Shown: piece by piece, positions 10,384 through 18,938 of the stretch
Layout of the letters: each line of letters starts with the position of its first letter
Numbering within the stretch: position 1 is the first letter of the stretch
Assembly: GCA_963651465.1 (NCBI GenBank)
Contig: CAVJPS010000012.1
Coordinates: 66,179 to 130,178 of the forward strand
From: a bacterium
Lineage (GTDB): Bacteria > Bacillota_I > Bacilli_A > RFN20 > CAG-826
Direction of reading: 5' to 3'
Length of the DNA: 64,000 nt
Made by a program: the position numbers and the translations under genes
Notes under the pieces: generated by a model
Database searches by the model: none
Seen by the model: the letters and a program-made list of their open reading frames with translations, nothing else
What the model was told of the DNA's origin: nothing

Positions 10384-12405
10384 TTAATTGAGTTTTTGGT
10401 CTGATTTATTATCTTCTTTTGGTGGTTCGTAACCATCTTTGTTATATTCTTTAACATACTTTAAGAATTCTTTTTCTGGTAAAGCTTCAGAATAGAAAAA
10501 TCCTTGATGTCGGTATAAGCCTAAGTTTTCAAGATAAGTTTTGTGTTCTTCAGTTTCAACACCTTCCACAATAGAGGATAAATTAAGAGATTTAATTAAA
10601 TTAACAATTGTTAAGAAAATTGAATTCTTAAATTCACTAGGGTCTGCATTTACTGCAGTATATAAAACAGTTTTATCAATTTTTACCGTGTTAACAGGTA
10701 AATCAAAGATATATGAAAAGTTAGCGTAACCACTACCGAAATCATCAATTGCGATACGGAAACCATTTTCAACAAATCTATTAATAGTTTGTTTAATAGT
10801 AGTAATGGATGAAGATTCTTCTGTTTCAGTAATTTCGATAATAATAGCATCAGGATTTACCTTATATTCATTTACAATAGCAAGAAATTTATCAGCAAGA
10901 GTAGCATCTTGACATTGACGCATAGAAATATTAATACTTATATGTCTTACTCCTAGTTTTTGAACTTTGCCGGTTGCTAAGAATTTAACTACTCGGCGGA
11001 ATATTTGTTCACCAAGTTCATGAATAAGACCATTCTTTTCAGCAATTCTAACGAATAAATCAGGAGAAATATATTCTTCGGTAATAGGATCTTTTAATCT
11101 ACATAATGCTTCACAAGATTTAACAAGATGATGTTGAGCAGAAATAATTGGTTGATAATAAACTTCTATTGTATTATTTTTAACTGCATCAAGTAGTACT
11201 CGTTCTGTACGACGTTCTTGATTAATCTTCTTGTAGAATGATTCAGTAGGACAATAAATTGTATTGTGATTTTCATAACGTGATTTAGCAAAATAATGAT
11301 GTGCTGCTTCAATTGCGTTATTAATACCATCTAAAGTTGTAAGATATGGATTTCTTTCAAGATAACATAATTTAACATTAGTCTTAATTTGAATACCATT
11401 AGAGAAAAGATTTTTTTCAAATTTATTAATGTACAATTCAAGCATTTGATCAGTTAACCTTTTGTGTTTGATAACGATAATAAATGTTCCTGAACCATTA
11501 GAAAACACAGGATTAGGTTTAAATTCTTTTTTAATTTCAGAGGAAAATTTTCTAGTAAAACTTGATACAATTGTAGCATTGTAGTTTTCGGTAAGCTCAT
11601 TATATGATTCAAATCTAATAAATAATAACGATATTGGAATACCTTCTTTTAATGCTTCTTCGACATATAATTTAAGTGCTTTACCATAAAATGTATTTGA
11701 AATTTTATCAACATAATGATTAGGTAGTTCAATTGAAATAAATAGAACTGCGCAAGCAATAGTAGCAGCTGTCGGGATTAAAACGATATTTTTATTTCTT
11801 AATAGTCTATACACAATATTAATAGAAATAGCAATAAGTTCAGCAAGTGCGTAGGAAATATATGCTGTACGTCTTTTTGCATTGAAATGATTATTGAATA
11901 ATCCAAATAATGCAGCAGTAATAACATAAATGCCTGGAATAATATACATTAGAAGATATAAGGGACCATGCTCAAATACATGAGTTTCTGGATTTACATA
12001 GAATAAGCTGTTATTTGTAAATGGAATTGCAAGTAATAAAATAGTCATTACAAATTGTGGTATGTAGAACAACCAACATTTTTTTAGATTTTTATGAGTA
12101 TAGAATCCTATAGAAGTCATTACGTATAAGAAGAAAAGCATTGTATTAGCACAAGCAATAAAGACATATAAAATACTCATACCGCGAATTAAAAAAATTG
12201 GGTATGCTTTAGGATTCCAAGTGAAAATGCCACATATTATACTAAGACATAAACCAGTAATGTTAAAAGTAATTAATAATTTAAAGAATTTACTTCTTAG
12301 AATTGGTAAGTGCATCATTCTAGCGTAGTAAATTGAAATAAGAATCATAAAAGCGAGTGAACAAACAGTATAGGAAATTACGTCTGGCAAATGATGGTCT
12401 AACAT
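10384..12405 (-). CDS. Membrane sensor protein: N-terminal polytopic (MASE-like) domain, a degenerate GGDEF-like module and an intact EAL (c-di-GMP phosphodiesterase) domain.
   Basis: About 9 predicted TM helices in the N-terminus. EAL motifs EALCRL, NISMRQ, EITE, DDFGSGYANFSY, KIDKT, EGVETE and QGFFYS are present. No GG(D/E)EF signature (NGSGT instead). The ORF track start is a TTG at 12423; an ATG at 12405 is preceded by GAAGGTG. Confidence 0.7.
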   Translation of the reverse strand: MLDHHLPDVISYTVCSLAFMILISIYYARMMHLPILRSKFFKLLITFNITGLCLSIICGIFTWNPKAYPIFLIRGMSILYVFIACANTMLFFLYVMTSIGFYTHKNLKKCWLFYIPQFVMTILLLAIPFTNNSLFYVNPETHVFEHGPLYLLMYIIPGIYVITAALFGLFNNHFNAKRRTAYISYALAELIAISINIVYRLLRNKNIVLIPTAATIACAVLFISIELPNHYVDKISNTFYGKALKLYVEEALKEGIPISLLFIRFESYNELTENYNATIVSSFTRKFSSEIKKEFKPNPVFSNGSGTFIIVIKHKRLTDQMLELYINKFEKNLFSNGIQIKTNVKLCYLERNPYLTTLDGINNAIEAAHHYFAKSRYENHNTIYCPTESFYKKINQERRTERVLLDAVKNNTIEVYYQPIISAQHHLVKSCEALCRLKDPITEEYISPDLFVRIAEKNGLIHELGEQIFRRVVKFLATGKVQKLGVRHISINISMRQCQDATLADKFLAIVNEYKVNPDAIIIEITETEESSSITTIKQTINRFVENGFRIAIDDFGSGYANFSYIFDLPVNTVKIDKTVLYTAVNADPSEFKNSIFLTIVNLIKSLNLSSIVEGVETEEHKTYLENLGLYRHQGFFYSEALPEKEFLKYVKEYNKDGYEPPKEDNKSDQKLN

Positions 12406-12713
12406 GGTTTCACCTTCTTTCAATTACTGAGGGCTTAAAAATATTTATCATTAATTTAATTCTCGTATATATATTATAAACCAAATATAATATAATTGTG
12501 ACAATATAAAGTGTAAATAAATGGTAATGTGTTTGAAACATCAAAATATACTAGTTTTAAAAGCAAAAAAAACTTGTTTTTTTAATTTATCAAATAGAAA
12601 ACAAAAAAATAAAAAAAACGCTAAATTTATGCTATAAAACGATATTTACGATGTTGAAAATTTCTCTTTTTTAATTTAAACTAATTGTAAAGAAAGGTAG
12701 GTTTTTTTACAAC

Positions 12714-13277
12714 ATGGCAAGAAGAACATTAATCGATATCGATGGTCAAATGATTAGAGCAGCAATTAAAATTGGCGGACGTGATGGTATCGACAACATC
12801 ACATCAAGAAAAGTTGCTCAAATTTGTGGTGTTACAGATCCTTTAATTTTTGTCCACTATGGTACAATGGACAACCTTATTATTCAATCTATGAGTTATG
12901 CAGTTAATGTTATTATGGAAAGCGTTAACAATGTTGCAATAAAAGGTGGAGTTAATAAGTGGGAAGAAAACTGGGACGAATTAGTAAGATGGCACCTTGA
13001 AAATGGTGAATTAACACAATTTTTATATAATGCTATCAATTCTAGATTCGGATTTGAAGTACCTGAACGCTTAAAAGAATTTTTTGTTGAATTCTGTAAA
13101 CCATTAATTGGAGAAAAGAATAAAGACGTAGCTGATGCTGAAATGAATATTTATTATTACATGACATATCAACATTTCTTACACTACGTTACACGTGTTC
13201 TCCGTGGTGATTTACAAAATAATGCGCGTAATAATGAATTAGCTAAGAAACTTGTTTTAGGTGGATTCCACTTATAA
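12714..13277 (+). CDS. TetR/AcrR-family transcriptional regulator.
   Basis: N-terminal HTH ITSRKVAQICGVTDPLIFVHYGTMDNL matches the TetR_N pattern. Confidence 0.55.
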   Translation: MARRTLIDIDGQMIRAAIKIGGRDGIDNITSRKVAQICGVTDPLIFVHYGTMDNLIIQSMSYAVNVIMESVNNVAIKGGVNKWEENWDELVRWHLENGELTQFLYNAINSRFGFEVPERLKEFFVEFCKPLIGEKNKDVADAEMNIYYYMTYQHFLHYVTRVLRGDLQNNARNNELAKKLVLGGFHL

Positions 13278-13299
13278 TAGTTATATTATGAAAACTAGA

Positions 13300-13327
13300 A
13301 AAGCTGTACTCGGTACAGCTTTTTTAA
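13300..13327 (+). terminator. Rho-independent terminator.
   Basis: Hairpin agctgtac-tcg-gtacagct followed by TTTTTT. Confidence 0.6.
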
Positions 13328-13404
13328 TGAAACTGGTTACATACGTTTGTAAATTATATAATTTAATTTAAAATATAATTGTAAATAAATGGAGGCGATA
13401 TGAA

Positions 13405-13812
13405 ATGAGAATAGCATTAATTGCACACGATAAAAAGAAAGACGAAATGATTAAGTTAGCTGTTAAATATAAAGATGTACTTGCTAAACATACTTTATAC
13501 GCAACAGGAACAACTGGAACACTTGTTATGGGTGAAACTGGTTTAGCAATTAATCGTAAATTAAGTGGACCACTTGGTGGAGACCAACAAATAGGTTCTA
13601 TGATTGCAACAAATCGTTTGGATTTAGTTATTTTCTTACGTGATCCTTTAACAGCTCAACCACATGAGCCAGATGTAAGTGCATTATTACGTCTTTGTGA
13701 CGTTACAAATATTCCACTTGCAACTAACATTTCTAGTGCAGAAATTATGTTAAATGCTTTAGTGGATAATCGTATCGAATGTCGTAAGGATTTAGTCAAT
13801 TCTGACAAATAA
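13405..13812 (+). CDS. mgsA: Methylglyoxal synthase.
   Basis: Alignable end to end with MgsA from memory of the family: [50 protein letters not shown]. Confidence 0.9.
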   Translation: MRIALIAHDKKKDEMIKLAVKYKDVLAKHTLYATGTTGTLVMGETGLAINRKLSGPLGGDQQIGSMIATNRLDLVIFLRDPLTAQPHEPDVSALLRLCDVTNIPLATNISSAEIMLNALVDNRIECRKDLVNSDK

Positions 13813-13838
13813 TATTAAACAAAATCTATAAAATAAAA

Positions 13839-13875
13839 CATGGCTTAGTATAGTAACTAAGCCATTTATTTTTAT
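13839..13875. terminator. Bidirectional terminator between mgsA (+) and metQ (-).
   Basis: Hairpin atggcttagt-atagta-actaagccat with flanking A/T runs. Confidence 0.6.
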
Positions 13876-13897
13876 CTATTTATTTTTATTATTTTAG

Positions 13898-14746
13898 TTA
13901 TTGAATTGATGATCTTAAATCAATTTGGGAACTATCATCACATGTAATTGCAGATAAATAAGTTTCATTAATATAAGTTGAAACTGCGTCTGATAATAAA
14001 GCATCAGTTAAAACATCAATTTTTGCTTTATATGTTTCGTTATTTAAATAATCTTGTTTACGGACTGCTAAGACATTTGCTTTATTACTTACTTGTTCAG
14101 GATCGTCTTCTTTTGCAACTTGTCTTTCACTAGGAACATTACCAGTATAGGCAGTATTACATGGAAGTAATGCAAAATTATAGTCACCCATTGATGAAAC
14201 TAACAAACTTTCCTCAATTAATGTAACTTTCTTACCATCTTCTGAGTACCATGAGGAACCTTCAAATGTAAGTGCGGTTTTATCCTCGTTAACTGGTATT
14301 GTATCTAAAACACCTTTAGCCTTTAATAATTCAAAGGCTCTAATTGCATTTGATGTATCACTACAAATTTCAAATGTAACACCTTCTGTTAAGGCACCAG
14401 AAAAATTGCCACGATAAATACCAAGTGGTTCATAGTGAACTTTACATGTAGCGATTAATTCTTTTTCATCAGTTCCTTCATATGTTAATAAATATGGAAT
14501 GTGTTGAAAATAGTTTGCGTCGTAATCTTTGTTAGCAACAGCGTCGTTTTGTACTGTCCAGTCTAAAACTTTGACGTTTAAAGTATAACCTTGTTCTTTT
14601 AAAATACCTTTAACACAATTTGATAGTATTTCTGCGTGTGGAACATCTGATGCACAAACTTTAATAATTTTATCATTGTTACATCCTGTAAAAAATAATG
14701 TGAATAAACTTGCACTTGTTAATAATAATTTTGAAAACTTTTTCAT
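13898..14746 (-). CDS. metQ: Methionine ABC transporter substrate-binding lipoprotein (NlpA/MetQ family).
   Basis: Lipoprotein signal with lipobox LFFTGC. It is the last gene of an ABC ATPase-permease-binding-protein operon that sits behind a Met-type T-box. Confidence 0.75.
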   Translation of the reverse strand: MKKFSKLLLTSASLFTLFFTGCNNDKIIKVCASDVPHAEILSNCVKGILKEQGYTLNVKVLDWTVQNDAVANKDYDANYFQHIPYLLTYEGTDEKELIATCKVHYEPLGIYRGNFSGALTEGVTFEICSDTSNAIRAFELLKAKGVLDTIPVNEDKTALTFEGSSWYSEDGKKVTLIEESLLVSSMGDYNFALLPCNTAYTGNVPSERQVAKEDDPEQVSNKANVLAVRKQDYLNNETYKAKIDVLTDALLSDAVSTYINETYLSAITCDDSSQIDLRSSIQ

Positions 14747-15414
14747 TTTAATATTCTCCTTTTATCAATTTTTTTAGCAATAAACAATCCTGATTCTTGA
14801 ATAATTTGAACTAAAATAATTACTACAATAATTAGGATCCAGAAAGTTGCACTTTCTAAATAGTTACCAGTATGACGAGTATAATATGACCAAATACCAC
14901 TAATTAAACCACCAGCACCAATGTTATATGCAAATGAAGTATATGTGAGTATTGAAACACTACTGACAGCAAATCCTGAAATTAATGAAGAACGTGCTTC
15001 AGGAAGTAATACTTTCATAATAATTTGGAAATTAGAAGCCCCTAATGATTTAATAGCTTCTATTTCTCCAGCTGGTACTTCGTTTAAAGATTGTTCTACC
15101 ATACGAGCAACAAAACCAAAGGCTGAAACAATTAATGGTAATAAGATTGTGTACCATTCTCCAGTACCAACACCAAAGATTTTACGAGTAGCTGGCATAC
15201 ATAAGACTACTAAAACTAAACATGGAATGGAACGTAAAATATTAACGATTAAACCAATAATAAGATTTAGAGGTCTGTTGGGACATAAACCTTTTTTGGA
15301 TGTTACATTTAATAAAATACCAATTGGTAAAGCGATAATATAAGAACATATAGAAGAAATGATAGTCATAGCGAGAGTTTGCCAGGTTAGAGTGAATAAA
15401 TTAGCCCAATCCAT
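14743..15414 (-). CDS. metI: Methionine ABC transporter permease.
   Basis: 5 TM helices with an EAA-like loop (IEAIKSLGAS...IMKVLLPEA). Its ends overlap metN and metQ. Confidence 0.8.
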   Translation of the reverse strand: MDWANLFTLTWQTLAMTIISSICSYIIALPIGILLNVTSKKGLCPNRPLNLIIGLIVNILRSIPCLVLVVLCMPATRKIFGVGTGEWYTILLPLIVSAFGFVARMVEQSLNEVPAGEIEAIKSLGASNFQIIMKVLLPEARSSLISGFAVSSVSILTYTSFAYNIGAGGLISGIWSYYTRHTGNYLESATFWILIIVVIILVQIIQESGLFIAKKIDKRRILK

Positions 15415-16372
15415 TTTGATCTACCTCCTCATATAGAATTTTTTTAAGTTTTAAATACTTTATTAATTTCTTAACTTCTTGTTCATCGGTTGGCTTTTTA
15501 ATAATAAGTTGTCCATAAACTCTATTATCTACAACTCTTGAATCAGCGTAAACAATAGAAACTTGAATATGACAATCTTCAACAATATTAGCTAATAATG
15601 GAGTATCAATTTCACCATTAAAAATTAACTTAATATATTTTGAATTATCTAACTTAGTATTAACGTGACCTGAATAGATGAGCTTTTTAGCTATATCAGT
15701 TTTAGGTGATAAGAATACATCATATAATGGACCACATTCAACAATTTTAGAATGATCAATTATTGCAACCTTATTACATATTTCTTCAATTACAGACATT
15801 TGATGAGAAATAATAATAATTGTTAAATTAAGTGATTTGTTTAATTCTTTTAATAATTCAAGAATTTGTTTTGTTGTATCAGGATCTAACGCTGATGTTG
15901 CTTCATCACATAATAGAATTTTTGGGTTTGTCATTAATGCACGAGCAATTGCGACTCGTTGTTGTTGACCACCCGATAGTTGACTTGGATAAGAATCAAG
16001 TTTATCACTAAGACCAACTCTATTTAATAAATCAATAGCTTTTTGATGACTTTCATTATCGTGAACAATTTCACCAGCCAATTCAACATTTTTTAAGACT
16101 GTACGTTGTTGTAATAAATTGAATTGTTGAAAAATCATTGCTACATTACGACGGTATTCTCTTGTAAATGTTACTTTTTCACCTTTGTAATAAATAGAAC
16201 CTAAGTCATAATTTTCAAGTCCATTAATACAACGCACAAGAGTTGATTTACCAGCGCCGGATAATCCTAAAATTCCATAGATATCACCTTCGTTAATGGA
16301 TAAACTAACGTTATCTAACACAAGATGTTCACCAAAGACTTTAGAAAGATTCTTGATTTCTAATATATTCAT
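15401..16372 (-). CDS. metN: Methionine ABC transporter ATP-binding protein with a C-terminal NIL domain.
   Basis: Walker A GLSGAGKST, signature LSGGQQQRVAIARAL, Walker B LLCDEATSALD, and a C-terminal NIL-like extension. Confidence 0.85.
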   Translation of the reverse strand: MNILEIKNLSKVFGEHLVLDNVSLSINEGDIYGILGLSGAGKSTLVRCINGLENYDLGSIYYKGEKVTFTREYRRNVAMIFQQFNLLQQRTVLKNVELAGEIVHDNESHQKAIDLLNRVGLSDKLDSYPSQLSGGQQQRVAIARALMTNPKILLCDEATSALDPDTTKQILELLKELNKSLNLTIIIISHQMSVIEEICNKVAIIDHSKIVECGPLYDVFLSPKTDIAKKLIYSGHVNTKLDNSKYIKLIFNGEIDTPLLANIVEDCHIQVSIVYADSRVVDNRVYGQLIIKKPTDEQEVKKLIKYLKLKKILYEEVDQNGLG

Positions 16373-16382
16373 TTTTTGCTCC

Positions 16383-16690
16383 TTTCTGCTAGGGAAAGAA
16401 AAAAATCTCGCCCTATTGCTATTTCAGCTAAGGACGAGATATAAATAATAATATCACGTGTTACCACCTTAATTCACTTACTTAATCACTTAAGTAAGCC
16501 TCAAAGAGTACCAACATACTCATTTGCTATAACGGGCATACCCGATAAAGATTACATATCACCTTTATAGCTCCAAGGCCATGTTCAGTTCGTTTCTGTT
16601 ATCTTCTTTCACCAAACGAAGACTCTCTATAAACATAATTAAGAACTTACTCATCCTTTTCAACGCTTATGACTATATTTTAATGAAAAA
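16383..16690 (-). promoter_or_regulatory. T-box leader (tRNA-sensing riboswitch) upstream of metNIQ, with a transcription-terminator expression platform.
   Basis: Read on the minus strand, the conserved T-box sequence aattaaggtggtaacacgtg lies at about 16455-16476 (consensus AAUUAGGGUGGUACCGCG). It is followed by a terminator hairpin atctcgtcc...gggcgagat and T7 at 16399-16440. The upstream Stem-I region has an AGAGAG element and a loop containing AUG, the candidate specifier codon. Confidence 0.6.
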
Positions 16691-16778
16691 AGATTTTTTG
16701 TAAATAGGTAAAATAAAAAATGTCAAGCATTGACTTAATATACTTAATTCTTTAATCTAATAATTAGAAGGTGAGAAT

Positions 16779-17255
16779 ATGGCAAAAAATACTGTAGAGA
16801 TAAAAGTTGTTGATGATGTAACATTAAGAGATGATATTGAATATTATTTAAAAAAGACTACTCCTGCTTACGCGCATAAATGGGCAGAAGATATTATTGT
16901 ACATATTGCTACAATTACTGATAAATCATCTAAAAAAGATTATCCGTTTTTACATAAATGTTTAATTCCTTTAAAATATTATGATGAGGATCCTAATGGT
17001 AAAAACTTAAAAAAACTTAAAGCTGCATGCAAAGAACTAGCAGAACATATTTTAACAATTAGTGACGAGTTTGATAAAGCATTCTTAAATATGTCTCTTT
17101 CATGTATGAAGTCATGTTTTTCTAAACCTGATGCAATGAATACAAGTACGTATGCTATTCAAGTAATCAACTATGTAACAGAAAATAATATTAGTAATGC
17201 TAGATCAGAACGTGAATGGCAATTTGAAAAAATCCGTACATACGCAAAATTTTAA
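16779..17255 (+). CDS. Hypothetical cytoplasmic protein.
   Basis: ORF with RBS AGAAGGTGAG and no recognisable motif. Confidence 0.45.
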   Translation: MAKNTVEIKVVDDVTLRDDIEYYLKKTTPAYAHKWAEDIIVHIATITDKSSKKDYPFLHKCLIPLKYYDEDPNGKNLKKLKAACKELAEHILTISDEFDKAFLNMSLSCMKSCFSKPDAMNTSTYAIQVINYVTENNISNARSEREWQFEKIRTYAKF

Positions 17256-17262
17256 TCTATTT

Positions 17263-17290
17263 TAAGCACCTTAATAGGGTGCTTTTATTT
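17263..17290 (+). terminator. Rho-independent terminator.
   Basis: Hairpin aagcacc-ttaatag-ggtgctt followed by TTTT. Confidence 0.5.
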
Positions 17291-17482
17291 ATTGAAAAAA
17301 AATCCTAATAATTTGTCTAAATTTAAATTAAGAAGAATAATTACGATTTTATCGATGGTTTTCGAAAATTTTACAATTTGTTGTAAAAACAATGTCTAAA
17401 TTTTTGAATTGTAATGTTAAAACAAATATATAAAAATATTGTTATAAGGCTTAACGGAGTAAGCTTTCATAAAGGAGGAAAT

Positions 17483-18826
17483 ATGAAAAAATTACATTTC
17501 GGAAGACTATTATGCTTAAGCATGACCTTCCTATCCGTTGCTTCACTTTTATCTTCTCATACTGCTAATCAAGAAACACAACTTCCAGTAGCAGTAAAAG
17601 AAGAGGCAGCTTCATCAAGTTATTACGAGAGCTGTCGTGGACTTTCTGGTAGTGCATTATTAAGTGCATTAACCACTCTTACAACCAATAAGCACACAAC
17701 AAGTGTATCTTATTCTGGTTTAAGAAATTATTACTTAACCACTGATGTATCACCATCAAACTCTTCTAAAGTCCTGGCGTATTACACTGGTTCAGCATTC
17801 TCATTTTCCGGTTCATTCGGCTCTTCTGGAGGTGGAATTAACCGTGAACATGTTTGGCCTCAATCATACTTAGGAAATTACACAACATCCTATGCTGGTT
17901 CAGATTTATTCAACGTTCACCCATGTGAAGTTCGTTTAAATTCAACAAGAGGCAATTTATATTTTGACGAAGTTAATAGTGGCTCTGTAGCTTACGAATA
18001 TACTTCATCATCATCAAAGACTGCTACTAGTGCTAGATATAGTTCTGTAGCATTTGACCCAAATAACTCATATTGTGGTGACGTAGCAAGATCACTATTC
18101 TACGTTGCAACACGTTATGCATCAATGGGTTACACACTTGGTGAAACACCTAATGCTTCAAATAAGATAATGGGTAAATTATCCACATTACTTGCTTGGA
18201 ATAAGACATATGGTGTAACAACAGCTGAAACAACTCGTAATGATGCAACTGAAAAAGTTCAAGGTAACCGTAATCCATTTATTGATCACCCTGAATTTGC
18301 AACAATGATTTGGGATTCTTCATATTCTGGTTCTGGTGCTTTAAATGACACAACTGGTACATCTTCAGGAAGTAGTAGTTCAAGTGGTTCATCTACAGAA
18401 GTAGAACAAGAAAAAGAAGAAACAACAACAACCACATCAACTTCTTATAAATTAACAGCTTCAGGCTTAGGTTTAAGTACTTCTTATGCATCTGGTAGCC
18501 ATACTGTAAATAGTATTAAATATTACACATCTAATATCTTAAAAAATTCTTCTTATGGTATGCAATTTAAAAAATCAAGTGGTTATATTTATAACTCAAC
18601 TGCATATGGAAGTTCAATTACTAAGATAGTTGTTACATTAAGTAAGTCATTTAGTGGTTCGTTCTATGTCTACGGTGCATCATCTGCTGGAGGCACAACA
18701 AAATCATTCTCAGGAACAAAATCAAATTTAACTTATACATTTACTTTTAGTGGAAGTTATAAGTATTTTAAATTAGGTACACCTTCAAAAGCGATGTATG
18801 TATCTAGTATTGTTGTCACATTATAA
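17483..18826 (+). CDS. Secreted endonuclease I-family (EndA/Dns-like) nuclease with a Ser/Thr-rich linker and a C-terminal beta-rich domain.
   Basis: Signal peptide MKKLHFGRLLCLSMTFLSVASLLSS. Motifs NREHVWPQSY and GNRNPFIDHPEF are characteristic of the Endonuclease_1 family. A long SSGSSSSSGSSTEVEQEKEETTTTTSTS linker follows. RBS AAAGGAGG lies before the ATG at 17483; the ORF track start at 17414 is upstream in the same frame. Confidence 0.6.
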   Translation: MKKLHFGRLLCLSMTFLSVASLLSSHTANQETQLPVAVKEEAASSSYYESCRGLSGSALLSALTTLTTNKHTTSVSYSGLRNYYLTTDVSPSNSSKVLAYYTGSAFSFSGSFGSSGGGINREHVWPQSYLGNYTTSYAGSDLFNVHPCEVRLNSTRGNLYFDEVNSGSVAYEYTSSSSKTATSARYSSVAFDPNNSYCGDVARSLFYVATRYASMGYTLGETPNASNKIMGKLSTLLAWNKTYGVTTAETTRNDATEKVQGNRNPFIDHPEFATMIWDSSYSGSGALNDTTGTSSGSSSSSGSSTEVEQEKEETTTTTSTSYKLTASGLGLSTSYASGSHTVNSIKYYTSNILKNSSYGMQFKKSSGYIYNSTAYGSSITKIVVTLSKSFSGSFYVYGASSAGGTTKSFSGTKSNLTYTFTFSGSYKYFKLGTPSKAMYVSSIVVTL

Positions 18827-18848
18827 TTAATAATTCAAACACAACATG

Positions 18849-18884
18849 CGGTCGTCTATTGTAGAGAAATAGACGACTTTTATT
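18849..18884 (+). terminator. Rho-independent terminator.
   Basis: Hairpin gtcgtctat-tgtagagaa-atagacgac followed by TTTTATTT. Confidence 0.6.
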
Positions 18885-18938
18885 TATAAAAGTTTGTGTT
18901 ATAATAATTATGTATATATAAATTAAGGAGGATTTTAT

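Noticed and set aside
16383-16690. S-box (SAM-I) riboswitch upstream of metNIQ, as found in Bacillus.
   Set aside because: The leader instead shows the T-box consensus AAUUAAGGUGGUAACACG plus an antiterminator/terminator arrangement. No SAM-I kink-turn/pseudoknot signature was seen.
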